From contig CAKKNE010000002.1 in NCBI GenBank assembly GCA_918797485.1, positions 2,294,001 to 2,358,000 of the forward strand: DNA of 64,000 nucleotides. Reading direction: 5' to 3'. The first letter of the stretch is position 1; every line of letters starts with the position of its first letter. Positions 19,730 to 30,724 of this stretch are shown here, piece by piece. A program made the position numbers and the translations under genes. The notes beneath the pieces are model-generated. The model saw nothing but the letters and a program-made list of their open reading frames with translations, did not search any database and had not been told where the DNA came from. Origin of the DNA: Pelagomonas calceolata. Its lineage: Eukaryota.

Positions 19730-21670
19730 ATGGCCTCCCTCGTGGCGACGGCCCAGACGGGCGACGCCCAGCTCGAGGACCTCCGCAGCAAACTGGACGG
19801 CCTGCTGCGCGACGCCGACGCCTACGGGAAGATCCGGGAGGCGCTCGACGACGCCGGTGCCAAGGAGAACCGCGGCCAGGGGCTGCAGAAGGACGCCCTG
19901 CTCCGGCGGCTCATGGCGGCCGCCGAGCGGAGCCCGGCGCCGGAGCTGCTCGGCGGCTCGGACAGCACGCGCGGGGCGCCGGCGGGCGACGTCCTCGCGC
20001 TGAAGATCGACGTCAAGGGCGGCGCGGCCTTCGTGGCCGAGCTGGCCGAGACGGACGGCGTGTCGCGCGCGGTGCGGGCGCACCTCGCGTTCGACCGCCA
20101 GCGCGCGTCGACGCGGCTGGCCGCGGCGCGCGTCGACCCGGAGCTGCGGGGCTGCTTCTTTTTTGAAATTGCGCGGCCCGCGCCGAAGACGCCCGGCGCC
20201 TGGCGGAAGCTGATCCAGGGCCGGGCGTCGTCGCTCCGGATCGCGGTGACGCGGGAGCGCGTGGGCAACGCGCTCTCGCACAAGCGCGAGCTCGTGGCCA
20301 CGGCGTCCCTGGACTGGCGCAAGGCGCTCCTGGACCGGGGCGGCGCGCGGTCCATCGCGCTCAAGGCGGCCGGGCCCGACGGCGTCGACGGCGAGGTCGC
20401 GACGCTGGACGTGGCCCTTGACGTGGTCGCCGTCGGTGGCGCCCTGGACCTGCCCTTCCAGCCCGACGACGTGGAAGACGCGATGCGCAAAGCGAGGAGC
20501 GAGCACGCCGAGGCCGCGCGGGCCTTTTACCTCTACGCGAAGCAGTGGTGGGACGGCTTCGCCAAGGGGGCCGGGCGAGATTTGCAGCAGCGGGAAGTCA
20601 AGCTCTTTGCCCGCGACGAAGCCGGCGAGATGCGGTGCGTCTGCTCGTACGTGCACCCGCTCCGCGCGAACCGCGTGCTCGACGGGCCGCACCAGGCGGC
20701 GCGCTTCGTGTCGCTGCTCCCGCTCGAGAAGGCGGGCAGCGTCGCCGGCGGCAACGCGGACACGTGGCACACGCCGCTCGCCACGTGCGCGCGGGGCTCG
20801 GGCGACGTCTGGGACCACGCGACGCTGCTCTGCTCGCTGCTGCGCGGCTACGGGCTCGACGCGCGCGTCTGCGTGGGGAGCATGTCGGACGGCCGCGGCG
20901 GCGCGCAGCCGCACGTCTGGGTCGCGACGTTCCTGCGGACGTCCGTCGACGCGTCGGGCCGGGCCCGGCTGCGCGTGACGGCCTGGGAGAGCGCGACGGG
21001 CCGGCGGTGCTCGCTCGCGCCGCTCGACGCCCAGGCGCGCGAGCGCTACCTGAGCGTCGCGTGCGTCTTCGGCGACGACTCGTTCCACGCGAACAAGCAG
21101 CCGTCGGACGCGATCCTGCGCTGCTCCTGGGACCTCGAGGACGCGAACGCCTGGCTCGCGCTCGACCCGCGGCGTCTGGCGGCGCTGGAGAACAACGCGG
21201 CGAAGGGCGCCATGGCGGACTTCGGCCTGGCGGCGCCGCTGCGGGACCCGCGCGCCATGGAGCTCGAGATGGAGCGCGACCTCAAGGCCCTCATCGAGCG
21301 GCACCGCGAGGCGTCGCGCGGCCTGAGTACGCACTGGGACGCGGACCTGGGCTACATGCTCCAGCCGTCGCTCGCGGCCTACGAGCAGGAGCGCGTCACG
21401 GGCCACGCCGTCGACCACGCGGACTTCCAGGACGCCGTGCGGCGCCGCGTGCCGCGGGGCCACTGCTTCAAGGGCTTCCCGACGTGCTTCCCGCACGCGC
21501 ACGCGGGTCGCGCGCTCGCCGCGCTCGAGCGCGGCGACCTGAGCCGCGACGTGCTCGACACGCAGGGCGAGCAGGTCACGCACGCGCTCCGCGTGCGCGT
21601 CTTCCCCTACGCGGAGAACGTGTGCGCCGTCTGGGTCATGCTCGCGGTGCACTACAAGAAGGCGACGTAA
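19730..21670 (+). CDS. CEP76: CEP76-like centrosomal protein (C2 plus transglutaminase-like)
   Basis: FYLYAKQWW, GDVWDHATLLCSLL, YEQERVTG, VRVFPYAE. Confidence 0.85.
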   Translation: MASLVATAQTGDAQLEDLRSKLDGLLRDADAYGKIREALDDAGAKENRGQGLQKDALLRRLMAAAERSPAPELLGGSDSTRGAPAGDVLALKIDVKGGAAFVAELAETDGVSRAVRAHLAFDRQRASTRLAAARVDPELRGCFFFEIARPAPKTPGAWRKLIQGRASSLRIAVTRERVGNALSHKRELVATASLDWRKALLDRGGARSIALKAAGPDGVDGEVATLDVALDVVAVGGALDLPFQPDDVEDAMRKARSEHAEAARAFYLYAKQWWDGFAKGAGRDLQQREVKLFARDEAGEMRCVCSYVHPLRANRVLDGPHQAARFVSLLPLEKAGSVAGGNADTWHTPLATCARGSGDVWDHATLLCSLLRGYGLDARVCVGSMSDGRGGAQPHVWVATFLRTSVDASGRARLRVTAWESATGRRCSLAPLDAQARERYLSVACVFGDDSFHANKQPSDAILRCSWDLEDANAWLALDPRRLAALENNAAKGAMADFGLAAPLRDPRAMELEMERDLKALIERHREASRGLSTHWDADLGYMLQPSLAAYEQERVTGHAVDHADFQDAVRRRVPRGHCFKGFPTCFPHAHAGRALAALERGDLSRDVLDTQGEQVTHALRVRVFPYAENVCAVWVMLAVHYKKAT

Positions 21671-21810
21671 GCACTACGGGGCGGGCCTAAGCATCCCCCA
21701 TATACTGCATACGCGGGCCAGATACGCGTAAACGCAGCTAGTGGCTGTAAGACACTAGCACGCTGCCCCAAACGCGGCGGACGGCACGCACGGCTGCCCC
21801 AAAGCTCACC

Positions 21811-23982
21811 ATGTGGCGCCACGCATGGCTCCTGTGCTTGGTAAGAGCGGACGAGTCCCTGTTCGTGCGGCACCCGACGGTGTACGATGTGCCACGAAGC
21901 TTCGACATGTGCCTGCAGGAGATTTACGTAAAGGACGCGCCGCGCACCGTCCGCTTCCGCGCGAACGAGACGGCACTCACGTGTGCAGCGCGGTCCGTGG
22001 CCTCGGGCGGCGGCGACGCCGGCAACAACGGCACGATCCGACACATCGCGCGCTTCCTCGAGCATCGGGCGTCGATGGCGCTCATGGCGCGGCGCGAGTT
22101 TCGGAGGGCCCTCCGCTGGGCGACGCGTATAGGAGCGCCTGCCTTGTTGGTGTCGTCGCAGGAGTGCCCCGAGGGGCCCGCGGATACCGACGTCGCGGCC
22201 GTCCTGGATCGGTTCGACCCCTGGCTGGCGCTGGACCTGAACCATTTCAACGCCTTCGCCGCAAGCGACTGGGAATTTTACCTCGGGGACCGGCCCCTCG
22301 CGGCCTTCGCCATGGCGTGCCGCTCCACCGCGCCGCTGGACGATAGGGCGCTCCGGGACACAATCACATACGCCTTCGCCGCGCTGCTGCCCGGCGCGGC
22401 CGTGGAGCTCGCCGTCCACCAGGAGCGGGCCGCGGGCGTGGACCGGATTCTGTTAGAAGCGGGGTTCGTCTTCGACCAGCCCGCCGTCGAGAGCGAGCGC
22501 GGCCCGCTGCCTTCGATCTTCGAGCTGCCCTTCGCGCCCGGCGAGCTCCAGCGGGAGATGGCCTGCCGCGGCGGCGCGGAGTCCGTTTTGGTGCGGGCCT
22601 TCAAGCCCGTCGACTTCGCGGCGGACGCGCGGCGGATCCAACGGAGGCCGCTCCCCTACGTCGACGGCGTCCACGTGCTCAACCTGAAACGACGGGAGGA
22701 CCGCTGGGACGCCGTGCGGGCGAAGTGCGACCGCGCGGGCTTCGCGGCGGGCGGGCCGCGGCGCGTCGACGCCGTCGACGGGGCGACGCTGGACGTCGCG
22801 GCCGAGGACGTCAAGCGCGTCTTCAACCTGACGTCGTGGCGCTACGGCGGCGCGAAAAACTGCCACCAGGACCACGGGTATAGGAGCCGCGTCATCGGCT
22901 GCGCCCTGTCGCACCTCAAGGCCTGGCGGCTCATTAGTGAGGACGACGACGCGCACGCGCTGCATCTCATCCTGGAGGACGACGTCGAGTTCGCCGGGGA
23001 CTTCGCGGAGCGGTGGGCGGATCTGGGACGGCGGCTCAAGGCGGACTACTCCTGGGACCTCGTGCACCTGGGCGTGTTAGATGACAGGAACCTCTACGAC
23101 GACTCCCCGGTCGAGGGCGTGCCGGGCGCGCGGCGGTTCTCGGCCGCGCAGCGCAGCTTCGGGGCCGGCGCCTTTGCGTACGTGATCCGGCCGCGCACGG
23201 CGCGGTGGCTCCTGGCCAAAGCCTACGACATCGGCATCCAGCAGGCCGTCGACTGGTGGCTCGTCGAGCGCTTCGGCGAATTGGTCGCCTACAAGGCGGC
23301 GCCCAAGCTCGCGGCGTCGCCCCAGGGCGAGGGCCGCGACTCGGACAACGACGAGGACTACGACCAGGACCGCCTCGTGCTGGACACGTACCTCGACGAC
23401 GACAAGAACGCGTCGCTCGACTCGCTCCGGATCATCCAACCGGACCCCGGCGCGCGCGTGGCGGCCAACGCGAGCCTGGAGGTGCGGACGGAGATGCTCG
23501 TCCACGGCGACCCGCGCGCCTTCTTCCTCGCGAGGCAGCTCATGCGCCTGTGCTACGAAGTGCACCGGCTCGCGCACTACGACGCGCCGACGAACGTCTT
23601 CGGGCCCCTCTGCCTCGGCCTCGCCAAAGCAAAGAACTACCAGCTGCCCGCGCCTACGTTCTCCGTCCCGGCCTGGTACGCCCTCAACGCGACGCTCGTC
23701 GACGAGTTCGGGGCCGAGCTCGCGGCGGCAACCGTCGTCTTCGAGGCGCGCGAGCCGGACGTGCCCGAGACCTACGAGCTGCCGCCCGCGCTGACGCCCG
23801 ACGCGGCCGCGCGGCTCGTGCCCATCGAGGTCTCGCTCAACGGCGCCTTCACGTCGCTCGACTGCGCGCGGCAGCCCGACCTGTTCGACTGCGTCCGCGA
23901 CTTCTGCGTGGGCAACGAGATCGAACCGGCGGTCCAGTGCATGGCGTCGCTGATCTCGTCATTCCAGGCGCAGGTTTTGTAA
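21811..23982 (+). CDS. Glycosyltransferase family 25 domain protein
   Basis: VLNLKRREDRW, AVDG, IGCALSH, LILEDD; signal peptide. Confidence 0.8.
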   Translation: MWRHAWLLCLVRADESLFVRHPTVYDVPRSFDMCLQEIYVKDAPRTVRFRANETALTCAARSVASGGGDAGNNGTIRHIARFLEHRASMALMARREFRRALRWATRIGAPALLVSSQECPEGPADTDVAAVLDRFDPWLALDLNHFNAFAASDWEFYLGDRPLAAFAMACRSTAPLDDRALRDTITYAFAALLPGAAVELAVHQERAAGVDRILLEAGFVFDQPAVESERGPLPSIFELPFAPGELQREMACRGGAESVLVRAFKPVDFAADARRIQRRPLPYVDGVHVLNLKRREDRWDAVRAKCDRAGFAAGGPRRVDAVDGATLDVAAEDVKRVFNLTSWRYGGAKNCHQDHGYRSRVIGCALSHLKAWRLISEDDDAHALHLILEDDVEFAGDFAERWADLGRRLKADYSWDLVHLGVLDDRNLYDDSPVEGVPGARRFSAAQRSFGAGAFAYVIRPRTARWLLAKAYDIGIQQAVDWWLVERFGELVAYKAAPKLAASPQGEGRDSDNDEDYDQDRLVLDTYLDDDKNASLDSLRIIQPDPGARVAANASLEVRTEMLVHGDPRAFFLARQLMRLCYEVHRLAHYDAPTNVFGPLCLGLAKAKNYQLPAPTFSVPAWYALNATLVDEFGAELAAATVVFEAREPDVPETYELPPALTPDAAARLVPIEVSLNGAFTSLDCARQPDLFDCVRDFCVGNEIEPAVQCMASLISSFQAQVL

Positions 23983-24037
23983 CTAACAGTTTTGTATTCA
24001 CTTCGCGCGCGGGGTGATGTGCGTTAGACAAGTACTC

Positions 24038-25300
24038 TTAGGGGTCCAAGATCGCTCGCACCAGCACGTCCGCCGCGCGTCTTACCTCGGCGTCCGTCGT
24101 GTGGCGGCCGACGCTCAGCCGCAGCGTGCCGACGGCGAGCTCCTGCTCGACGCCGACCGCCTTTAGCACGGCCGAGACCGCCGCCGTGCCGGAGTGGCAC
24201 GCGGCCGACGCCGACGCCGCGACCTCGTCCTTGACCTTTGAGAGCACGCTCGACGCGACGCAGCCGCGCACCGCGAACGACAAGACGTTCGGGAGCGCAT
24301 TCACGGTATCCCCGGCGCCGAGGGGCCCGTTGACGGCGCATCTACTAGCACCCAGGCGCTCCTCGAGCGCCGCCCGCAATGAGTCGCGCTGCTTCGCCGA
24401 GTGGGCGGCGATCGCCGCCCCCTCGGCCAACCAGATGTCCGCCGCGGCGCCTAGGGCCACAATATTTGGCACGGCCTCGGTGCCCGCCCGTCGTCCATTC
24501 TCCTGGCCGCCGCCGTACAACATCGAGGGCAAGGGCACACCTTCGCGGTGGAAGAGCGCCGCCACGCCCTTGGGCGCGCCGAACTTGTGGCCCACGAGCG
24601 TGAGGTAGTCGACGTTTAACTCGCTAACGTCGACGTCGATCTTTCCCACGGCCTGCGCCGCGTCCGTGTGGACCAGCACGCCGGCATCGACGGCTTTCAC
24701 CGACTCCACGATCCGCGAGACGGGCTGGACCGCGCCGACCTCGTTGTTCGCGAGCATGATCGAGACGAGGGCCGTCTTGCCGGGCCTGATGGCCGCGGCG
24801 ACGGCCGCCGGGTCCACGATGCCGCATTTGTCGACGCCGACCTTTGTGACTTCACACCGTCCCTGCTCCTCCAGCGCGTCGACGCACGCGAGGATCGCCG
24901 GGTGCTCGATGCTCGACACGACGACGTGCGTCCGGTCGTCGCGCAGACTCGCGGCGATGGCCCAGTTGTCGGCCTCGCTGCCGCAGCTGCAGAAGGTGAT
25001 TTCTTTGCTGTCTGCGTGAATGAGCGTCGCCACGGAGTTCCTCGCCTTCGTCACCGCGTCGCGGCAGGGCGCGCCGTAAGCGTGGCTCGACGACGGGTTG
25101 CCCCAGTGGCTGTAGAGGTAGGGCAGCATCGCGTCGCCCACTTCCGGATAAATGGGGCACGTCGCCGCGTAGTCGAGGTAGACGCAATTGTTTTGCTGCG
25201 GCAGGGGCTTTGGGCCTCTCCGTCGCAAGCGCAGCGCCTGGGCGACCGCTGCTGCGAACGTGACGGCTAGGATCGCATGAATGGGAGTCGTTGCGGGCAT
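24038..25300 (-). CDS. Selenocysteine lyase / cysteine desulfurase (class V PLP enzyme)
   Basis: YLDYAAT, HTDAAQ, VGHKF, SAACHSG, LRLSVGR. Confidence 0.85.
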   Translation of the reverse strand: MPATTPIHAILAVTFAAAVAQALRLRRRGPKPLPQQNNCVYLDYAATCPIYPEVGDAMLPYLYSHWGNPSSSHAYGAPCRDAVTKARNSVATLIHADSKEITFCSCGSEADNWAIAASLRDDRTHVVVSSIEHPAILACVDALEEQGRCEVTKVGVDKCGIVDPAAVAAAIRPGKTALVSIMLANNEVGAVQPVSRIVESVKAVDAGVLVHTDAAQAVGKIDVDVSELNVDYLTLVGHKFGAPKGVAALFHREGVPLPSMLYGGGQENGRRAGTEAVPNIVALGAAADIWLAEGAAIAAHSAKQRDSLRAALEERLGASRCAVNGPLGAGDTVNALPNVLSFAVRGCVASSVLSKVKDEVAASASAACHSGTAAVSAVLKAVGVEQELAVGTLRLSVGRHTTDAEVRRAADVLVRAILDP

Positions 25301-25634
25301 TTTCTCTTGCCTCGGCGCAGTAGTTGGCTGGAGTGACAAGCTGCTCCTGGTTACACTAGTGTCTTATAGTACGCTAGCTATATGACGTGTGCCCTTGACC
25401 GCCCAAAAAGCCCGCCAGCAGCGAAATATCGCAAGCCGGATCTCATTTTGCCATCATTGGTCTACAGTTATCGCACCCCCCTTCACAAGGACAGAGCAGA
25501 GGGCTTCAAAAAGCGCTCTCACAAGCCTCACAGATTGTCTGGACACCATAGAGGCTGCAGCAGCGCGCAGTCTATCCTCATAAACGGCACGGAGTGCTTG
25601 AAAGGCTCTCACACTAAGTCAAGAAAACCCAAAA

Positions 25635-27008
25635 ATGCTGCTCCGCCGGGCCCTCCGCCGAGCCGGAGCCGTCAGACGCTGCCGCGAGAAGTCTAGCTCG
25701 CCCAAGGAGGACCCGTTTCACAACCGCGCCACGGCGATGAACTTCGAGGAGGGGGAGGGCTGGCTCCAGCGCCTCGTGGGCACCACGGGCCGGACGACGA
25801 CCGAGTTCGAGCGCTACAAGGCCGCCGCGAAAGCTGCAGTCAAGACCGACGCGGGCCTCAAGAGCGGCGACGAGCTCCTCTTTGCGGGCGAGGACGGCGA
25901 CTGGCTGAAGAAGCTCGAGTCGTCGTCCGAGGCGCGCCAGCCGCGCACGCCCAAGGTCACCAAGACCGCCCGCACGACGCGGCGCCTCGAAGCCATCTCG
26001 AAGTTTTCGCTGACGCCGCGCGAGCTCAAAGCTCGCCTTGACACGTACGTCATCGGCCAGGACGAGGCGAAGAAGGCGCTCGCGGTCGCGCTGACGGACC
26101 ACTTCCAGCACGCGCGGCGCGTCCTGGCCGACCCCGCCCAACACCTGGACGAGCCGTACCACAAGCGGAACGTGCTGCTCCTGGGACCGAGCGGCGTGGG
26201 CAAGACCGCGTTGCTCCGAGCCGCGCGGTTGGCTGTCGACGCGCCGTTGGTCGCCGCGGATGCGACGGCGTTCTCGGCCACGGGCTACGTGGGGCGGGAC
26301 GCGTCCGACGTCGCGGCGCAGCTCGTCACCGCGGCCGACGGGGACAGAGACCTCGCGTCGTTTGGCGTCGTGTGTGTCGACGAAGTCGACAAGCTGCGGT
26401 CGCGCAGCGAGGGGAACGAAGTCGGTAAGCTGGACGTCCAGAGCTCACTGCTCAAACTAGTCGAGGACGCCGAGATCGACCTCGACGAGCGCGGGTCGGG
26501 CGGCGCGGCGGACCCAAAGCGCGCGCGACTCCTGAATCCGGACTCGACCTTCGACAACCTTTTCTCGACGAAGCACGTCCTCTTCGTGTTCTGCGGCGCC
26601 TTCACGGATCTGGCGGAGAACGACCGCGTCACGCCCGACGACCTCGTCGAGGCCGGCCTCATCCGGGAGCTCGTCGGGCGGCTGCCGGTGCGCGTGCGCC
26701 TCGACGCGCTGACCGCGGACGACCTCGCGAGCATCCTGGCCGCGTCCGGGCCCGCGTCGCCGCTGACGCAGATTAGGGGCGAGATGGCGGCCTATGGAGT
26801 CGACGTCGACTTCTCGGACTGCGCGATCCAGGCGTGGGCGGAGCGTGCCTTTGCCGAACGAACCGGCGCGCGCGGGCTCGCGACGGCGGTCGAGGACACG
26901 CTCCGGGGCTTCAAGTACGAGCTCCCGGGATCGGGCCGAGACTCCCTCCGCGTGACGGCGGACCTCGTCGCCGACCCCCGGGGCGCGCTGGCGCGGCTGC
27001 TTTCCTAG
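25635..27008 (+). CDS. clpX: ClpX-like AAA+ chaperone, probably mitochondrial
   Basis: YVIGQDEAKKAL, GPSGVGKT, GYVGRD, DEVDK, TGARGL. Confidence 0.85.
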   Translation: MLLRRALRRAGAVRRCREKSSSPKEDPFHNRATAMNFEEGEGWLQRLVGTTGRTTTEFERYKAAAKAAVKTDAGLKSGDELLFAGEDGDWLKKLESSSEARQPRTPKVTKTARTTRRLEAISKFSLTPRELKARLDTYVIGQDEAKKALAVALTDHFQHARRVLADPAQHLDEPYHKRNVLLLGPSGVGKTALLRAARLAVDAPLVAADATAFSATGYVGRDASDVAAQLVTAADGDRDLASFGVVCVDEVDKLRSRSEGNEVGKLDVQSSLLKLVEDAEIDLDERGSGGAADPKRARLLNPDSTFDNLFSTKHVLFVFCGAFTDLAENDRVTPDDLVEAGLIRELVGRLPVRVRLDALTADDLASILAASGPASPLTQIRGEMAAYGVDVDFSDCAIQAWAERAFAERTGARGLATAVEDTLRGFKYELPGSGRDSLRVTADLVADPRGALARLLS

Positions 27009-27060
27009 ATGTAAATATACGGTGTTTGTCGTTCTACGATTAGGGGACACAACAACAAAA

Positions 27061-28371
27061 TTAGCCCATCGAGGCGGTCGCCGCCGCGGCCACGGCGAAG
27101 CCGACGCTGACGAGCGCGAGCGCCGCCGCGGTCCGCTCCCGTCGCGCGCGCGACGGCGACGGCGGCGGCGACAGCGACGCGGCCCGCGGCGCGGCGACGG
27201 CGCGCGCCGGCCGCCGGCGCGCCGCGGGGGCCCCGCCCGCGGCGTCCTCGATGTCCACGGCGCCGCGCTTCTTCTTGAGGAGCTGGCCGCAGGCGCCGGC
27301 GACGTCGCTGCCCATCGTGACGCGCACGCAGCAGAGGAGCCCGCGCTGCGTCAGGATGGCCTGGAAGGCGCGCGCGCGGCCCTCGGTCGGCCGATCGTAC
27401 GGCAGGTCCGGCGTCGGGTTGTAGGGGATCAGGTTCACCATGAGCCGGCCCGCGAACCGATGCTCCAGCAGGTCCCCGAGGGCCTCGGCGTCGGCGTCCG
27501 AGTCGTTGCAGCCGCCGAGCAGGATGTACTCGACCATGATCAGGGGCCCCTTGGTGATGAGGGGCAGCCGGAGCGCGACGTGCGCGTCGACCGCGTCCAG
27601 GACCCGGTCGATGCGGTGGCCCCGCGCGGCGGGCATGATCGCCTCGCGCTTCGCCTGGTCCGGCGCGTGCAGCGACAGCGCGAGGCCCACGCGCGGCTCG
27701 TCCTCGCCCAGCTGCCGGATGCGCTCGACGACGCCCACCGTCGACACCGTGACGCGGCCCGCGCGCAGCGCGAGGTACTGCGAGTCGAGGAGAAGCCGGC
27801 AGGCGCCGACCACGCTGTCGTAGTTGTTCAGGGGCTCGCCCATGCCCATAAAAACGACGTTTCTTGTCGACGGCTCCAGCGACCGCGCGATGAGGACCTG
27901 CTCCACGATCTCGCCGCGGCTCAGGTCGCCGCGGTCGCCCATCGTGCCCGTGGCGCAGAAGGAGCAGGCCATCGCGCAGCCCACTTGCGACGACACGCAG
28001 CAGGTCACGCGCGTCGACCGCAGCGTCGCGTGGCGCATGACGACGGCCTCGACCTCGGCGCCGTCGCGCAGCTCGACGACGACCTTCGTCGTCGTGCCGT
28101 CCTTGGAGTCGTGGCGCGACGCCACGCGCGTGCTCCGCACGGAGAACGCGTCTTCGAGAAACGCCGGCAGCTTCTGGGGCACGCGGCGCTTGAGCGCGGC
28201 CCAGTTCACGTCGGCCCAGGTCGTGACCTCCGGGTGGTGCGCCAGGTACGTCAGCAGCGCTTCGCCGTGGCGCCAGTCGACGTCTATGCTCTCGAGCTCC
28301 CGCCGGAGATGGTCCACGTCCCAGACCGACGGCGGGCGCGACGCGCTCGCGAACTTGCGGCGGCCGCCCAT
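27061..28371 (-). CDS. RlmN/Cfr-family radical SAM RNA methyltransferase
   Basis: CVSSQVGCAMACSFCATG, MGMGEP, GACGQL. Confidence 0.9.
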   Translation of the reverse strand: MGGRRKFASASRPPSVWDVDHLRRELESIDVDWRHGEALLTYLAHHPEVTTWADVNWAALKRRVPQKLPAFLEDAFSVRSTRVASRHDSKDGTTTKVVVELRDGAEVEAVVMRHATLRSTRVTCCVSSQVGCAMACSFCATGTMGDRGDLSRGEIVEQVLIARSLEPSTRNVVFMGMGEPLNNYDSVVGACRLLLDSQYLALRAGRVTVSTVGVVERIRQLGEDEPRVGLALSLHAPDQAKREAIMPAARGHRIDRVLDAVDAHVALRLPLITKGPLIMVEYILLGGCNDSDADAEALGDLLEHRFAGRLMVNLIPYNPTPDLPYDRPTEGRARAFQAILTQRGLLCCVRVTMGSDVAGACGQLLKKKRGAVDIEDAAGGAPAARRRPARAVAAPRAASLSPPPSPSRARRERTAAALALVSVGFAVAAAATASMG

Positions 28372-28815
28372 TATTGTTACTACGGTTATCGCAGCTTGTT
28401 TTTTTGCTGCTGCTCTCCCACGGCACAGAGAGTGCTCTCCAGGCTCTCAGTAGTGTAACAAATCCAGCACCGATGCACGAATGCGTTCGATCAATGCAAA
28501 TGTAAGTATGAAACGCAGCGCTTGTCGCGCACTGCCGTCCGCGTATAGCAGCACGTCGCCGTGCCGTGTGCAGCCCAGCAGCTTGCCAATGGTGCCTGGA
28601 ATCGTCGCACCCCCAGGAATCGGTCGTCGAGGCATGCGATGAGAAGTATACAGATACGGTAAAAAGCGTGCGGGGCTGAGACATCCTGATTTCAAGCCAT
28701 TGCGTGGAATTTGCGTGCTCAGCTGACGCTTGCGCGGCGGCGCGCGGACACAAGCTCGCTTCCTCCGCCGGCGTCGCCCGCGGGGCAGCCGAGAGGAGCC
28801 GAGCGGCCTTCTAAA

Positions 28816-29640
28816 ATGTGCATCTGCTTCTTCGACGATGGGCCCATCGACAAGGACCCGCGCGCGAACCGCGGGAACATGTTCAAGGTGGGCATGAAGG
28901 ACGCGCCCTGCAAGGACCCGGCGATCTGCTGCGCCGGCTTCCTCTGCAACCCCTGCGTGGGCTTCTACATGCGCAAGAAGGTGCTGGGCGGCAACCTGGA
29001 CCTCTACATGTGCTGCCAGGGCTACTACGACGGCCTCTGCTGCGGCCACCCGAAGGCCGGGTCCTACGGCGACACGGGCAACCCCGCGTGCATGGCCTGC
29101 GAGATGTGCTGCTGCCCGGGCTGGGCGACGTCGGCGACGCGCCAGTACGTCATGGACCAGTACGACCTCGCGAGCGACCCCTGCGACCGCCAGATCATCC
29201 GCTTCAACAACTTCATGCAGCTGCTCAGCTGCATCTGCTACACGCTCGCCATCATCGAGCCGTCGTGCCGCGACCTCGCCGACCTCGTGGGCTGCATCGC
29301 GGACCTCGTCTTCTACGCCACGGCGGCCTGCATGTTCGCCCAGGTCAACTACGAGCTCACGGAGCGCGAGAAGGGCGGCACGCTCGGCGCGCCGCGCGGC
29401 GGCGGCCAGGCCATGACCGCGCCCAAGCACCTCCAGATGGCCAGCCGGGGCGAGGCCTACCCGGCGGCGGCGCCGGTGCAGGGGCAGTACATGCAGCAGC
29501 CGCGCACGTTCCCCGTGGTCATCCCCCAGGGCGCCTACGCCGGGTCGCAGTTGACCGTCACGGCGCCGGACGGCCGGCAGATGGCGTTCGTCGTGCCGCC
29601 CGGCTCCGCGCCGGGCCAGCAGGTCCTTTGCCCGTACTGA
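28816..29640 (+). CDS. PLAC8-like Cys-rich membrane protein
   Basis: Many CC motifs, hydrophobic helices, C-terminal V.IP.G repeats. Confidence 0.7.
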   Translation: MCICFFDDGPIDKDPRANRGNMFKVGMKDAPCKDPAICCAGFLCNPCVGFYMRKKVLGGNLDLYMCCQGYYDGLCCGHPKAGSYGDTGNPACMACEMCCCPGWATSATRQYVMDQYDLASDPCDRQIIRFNNFMQLLSCICYTLAIIEPSCRDLADLVGCIADLVFYATAACMFAQVNYELTEREKGGTLGAPRGGGQAMTAPKHLQMASRGEAYPAAAPVQGQYMQQPRTFPVVIPQGAYAGSQLTVTAPDGRQMAFVVPPGSAPGQQVLCPY

Positions 29641-29696
29641 GCTACGGACTAATGTGCCAGGAATCTATAGGACTATAGGAAAGGGGGGGCGGGGGC

Positions 29697-30724
29697 TTAG
29701 GCGTCCTCGTCGTCGTCGAAGTCGTCGTCGATGTCCTCCTCGGCCGCGCCGTCGGAGTCCTCGGCGTCCTCGCCGCGGAGCTCGATGCCATGCTTCGCAG
29801 CGAGGGCACGCTCAAGGCCGCGCGCGAACGCGCTGGGCACGCGGCCCCGGAAGAGCGCAAAGTCGCGGATCGCGCCGCGCAAAGGCCAGCGGCCGAGGTG
29901 GTCGGCGCCGAGCACGACGCGGTCGCCGAAGCCCCGCGACCGGGCGAGGGGCGCGCCCTCGAGCTCGCGCGCGCCGTCGACCTGCGCGCGCGTCGTGGTA
30001 TCGGTACGGGCGGCAGGCGAAAAGTTTGATAAGGCGCGCCGCCGCCGACGAAGAGGTCCGCGCCGAGGTCCTGCTCCGCGGCCCGCTTGCCCCGGGTCCG
30101 CTTCGTCAGCACGACCGTGTAGACGCGGAGCGCGCCCGTGCTGCGCGTGCGGCCGCGGTGCACCGTCGCGCGCGCGCCGCCGCGGCCGGGCTGGAAGAGG
30201 GAGACGCGCGGCTGCGCGGCATCCGTGGCAGGAAAGGGATACCCGTGGCAGAGCTCGAGGCGCTGGGCGCCCTCGGTCGACGCGCAGTCGAAGATCGTGC
30301 AGTCGCCCGCCGCCGACGCGACGACGACGGCGACGCCCTCCTGGATCGGCTCGTCCAAGTGCTCGAGCACGAGGCCCGCCGGCGCCGGCTCCGCCTCGGC
30401 GCGGGGGCCGCCCGCGGCCCCGGGCCGCGCCTGGGCCTGGGGCTTCCGCCCGAGCGCGTCGCGCCAGACGTGGGCGCGGTCGGGCGCGACGACCTGCGGC
30501 GCCCGGAGCCAGGCCGCGTTGCGGGCCCAGCAGGCGGCCAGGCCCCGCCAGGGCGTGTGCTCGACGTGCACGTCGGCCAGCGTGCTCCACTTTTGTCGTA
30601 TCAAGACCTCGGCGGCCGTCTCGCAGGCTCTGCGCATGTCGCGGCTCGCCGCGGCCACTTCTAATTCTGGGAGAAGGCCCAGGCAGATGTCGACGAGCAC
30701 GCCGTCGGCCAGGATGTGGTCCAT
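29697..30724 (-). CDS. Hypothetical protein with ConA/LamG-like C-terminus; exons 30724-30050, 29981-29697
   Basis: A 68-bp GT-AG intron joins two frames (DLF|VDG ... LRGAIRDFALF). Confidence 0.6.
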
